From Elsinoe ampelina (lineage: Eukaryota), in the NCBI GenBank assembly GCA_010093995.1, contig ML992504.1:1164322-1228321 (forward strand): a DNA stretch of 64,000 bases, given 5' to 3'. This document shows, in pieces, positions 63,646 to 64,000 of this stretch (positions are counted from its first letter, which is position 1; each line of letters opens with the position of its first letter). The translations under genes and the position numbers were made by a program. The notes beneath the pieces are model-generated. The model made no database searches and had not been told where the DNA came from. It saw only the letters and a list, made by a program, of their open reading frames with translations.

Positions 63646-63914
63646 TGCTGTTGTTTTGTGAATCGGCCGTGTAGAGTCACTTCACATTCGCCCTCCAGCA
63701 TGCACGACAGTTCAAAAGGCCTAGGAAAGAAAGTCGTAACACACTAAGAATAGGTATGCAATGCGAAGGACAGTACGAAATGAAGTCAGAACCTACACCA
63801 CCCCACAGTCAAGGGTATCGTAAAGTCAGCCAAGGTTCGTCATGGTCGACACGATCAACCAATGGGTCAAATCCAGATTGTGAAGAAAAGCATTTCCGCG
63901 CACGTCACAGGAAA

Positions 63915-63922
63915 CCGCGGAG
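63915..63922 (-). promoter_or_regulatory. NirA/NIT4-type binding site upstream of nitrate reductase
   Basis: CTCCGCGG on the minus strand matches the Aspergillus NirA consensus CTCCGHGG, 270 bp upstream of the niaD ATG. Confidence 0.55.
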
Positions 63923-64000
63923 GTGCCAGGGACGATGCACATGGGTGTGGGGTCAGATTGAGGCTACATGCTCGAGATCCAGCCAGGGCCAAGGAGGGAC

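Overview
Eukaryotic genomic DNA from a filamentous ascomycete (Pezizomycotina) with active repeat-induced point mutation (RIP). The window has two compartments. (1) Bases 1-~9720 are AT-rich, TpA-saturated and have no ORFs in the supplied track. Manually reversing RIP changes shows a hAT DNA transposon unit: 14-bp TIRs at 585-598 and 6226-6239, a transposase with recognisable DDE/CxxH/WNST/dimerisation motifs, and two extra genes. It is followed immediately by a divergently oriented histone H3-like gene, a terminal-type repeat array, and a 5'-truncated Ty1/copia element with its 3' LTR. A 13-bp-period tandem motif (CTATAAGAA-N4-CTATAAGAA) occurs 7 times across the hAT/H3-like unit, 5 times inside introns. 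This ties the H3-like gene to the transposon. (2) Bases ~9720-64000 are gene-dense euchromatin: EAF7, STU1, BSP-family peptidase, SDT1-like nucleotidase, KH-domain protein, SulP transporter, peroxisomal thiolase, SPO7, CLD1/ICT1-like hydrolase, a CMD + metallo-beta-lactamase pair, AVL9, HOG1, SDR, ASK1, SPC24, FIS1, BOS1, M28 peptidase and nitrate reductase. Accessory patches include a decayed repeat-containing region at 18.7-21.4 kb and a tandem family of RRM and/or Myb-like genes at 46.5-52.1 kb. Best candidate for an unusual system: a hAT-associated module with an H3 variant lacking the K9/K27 ARKS motifs, paired head-to-head with an acidic-tailed protein. All calls come from reading the sequence; no searches were run, and de-RIPed residues are inferences.
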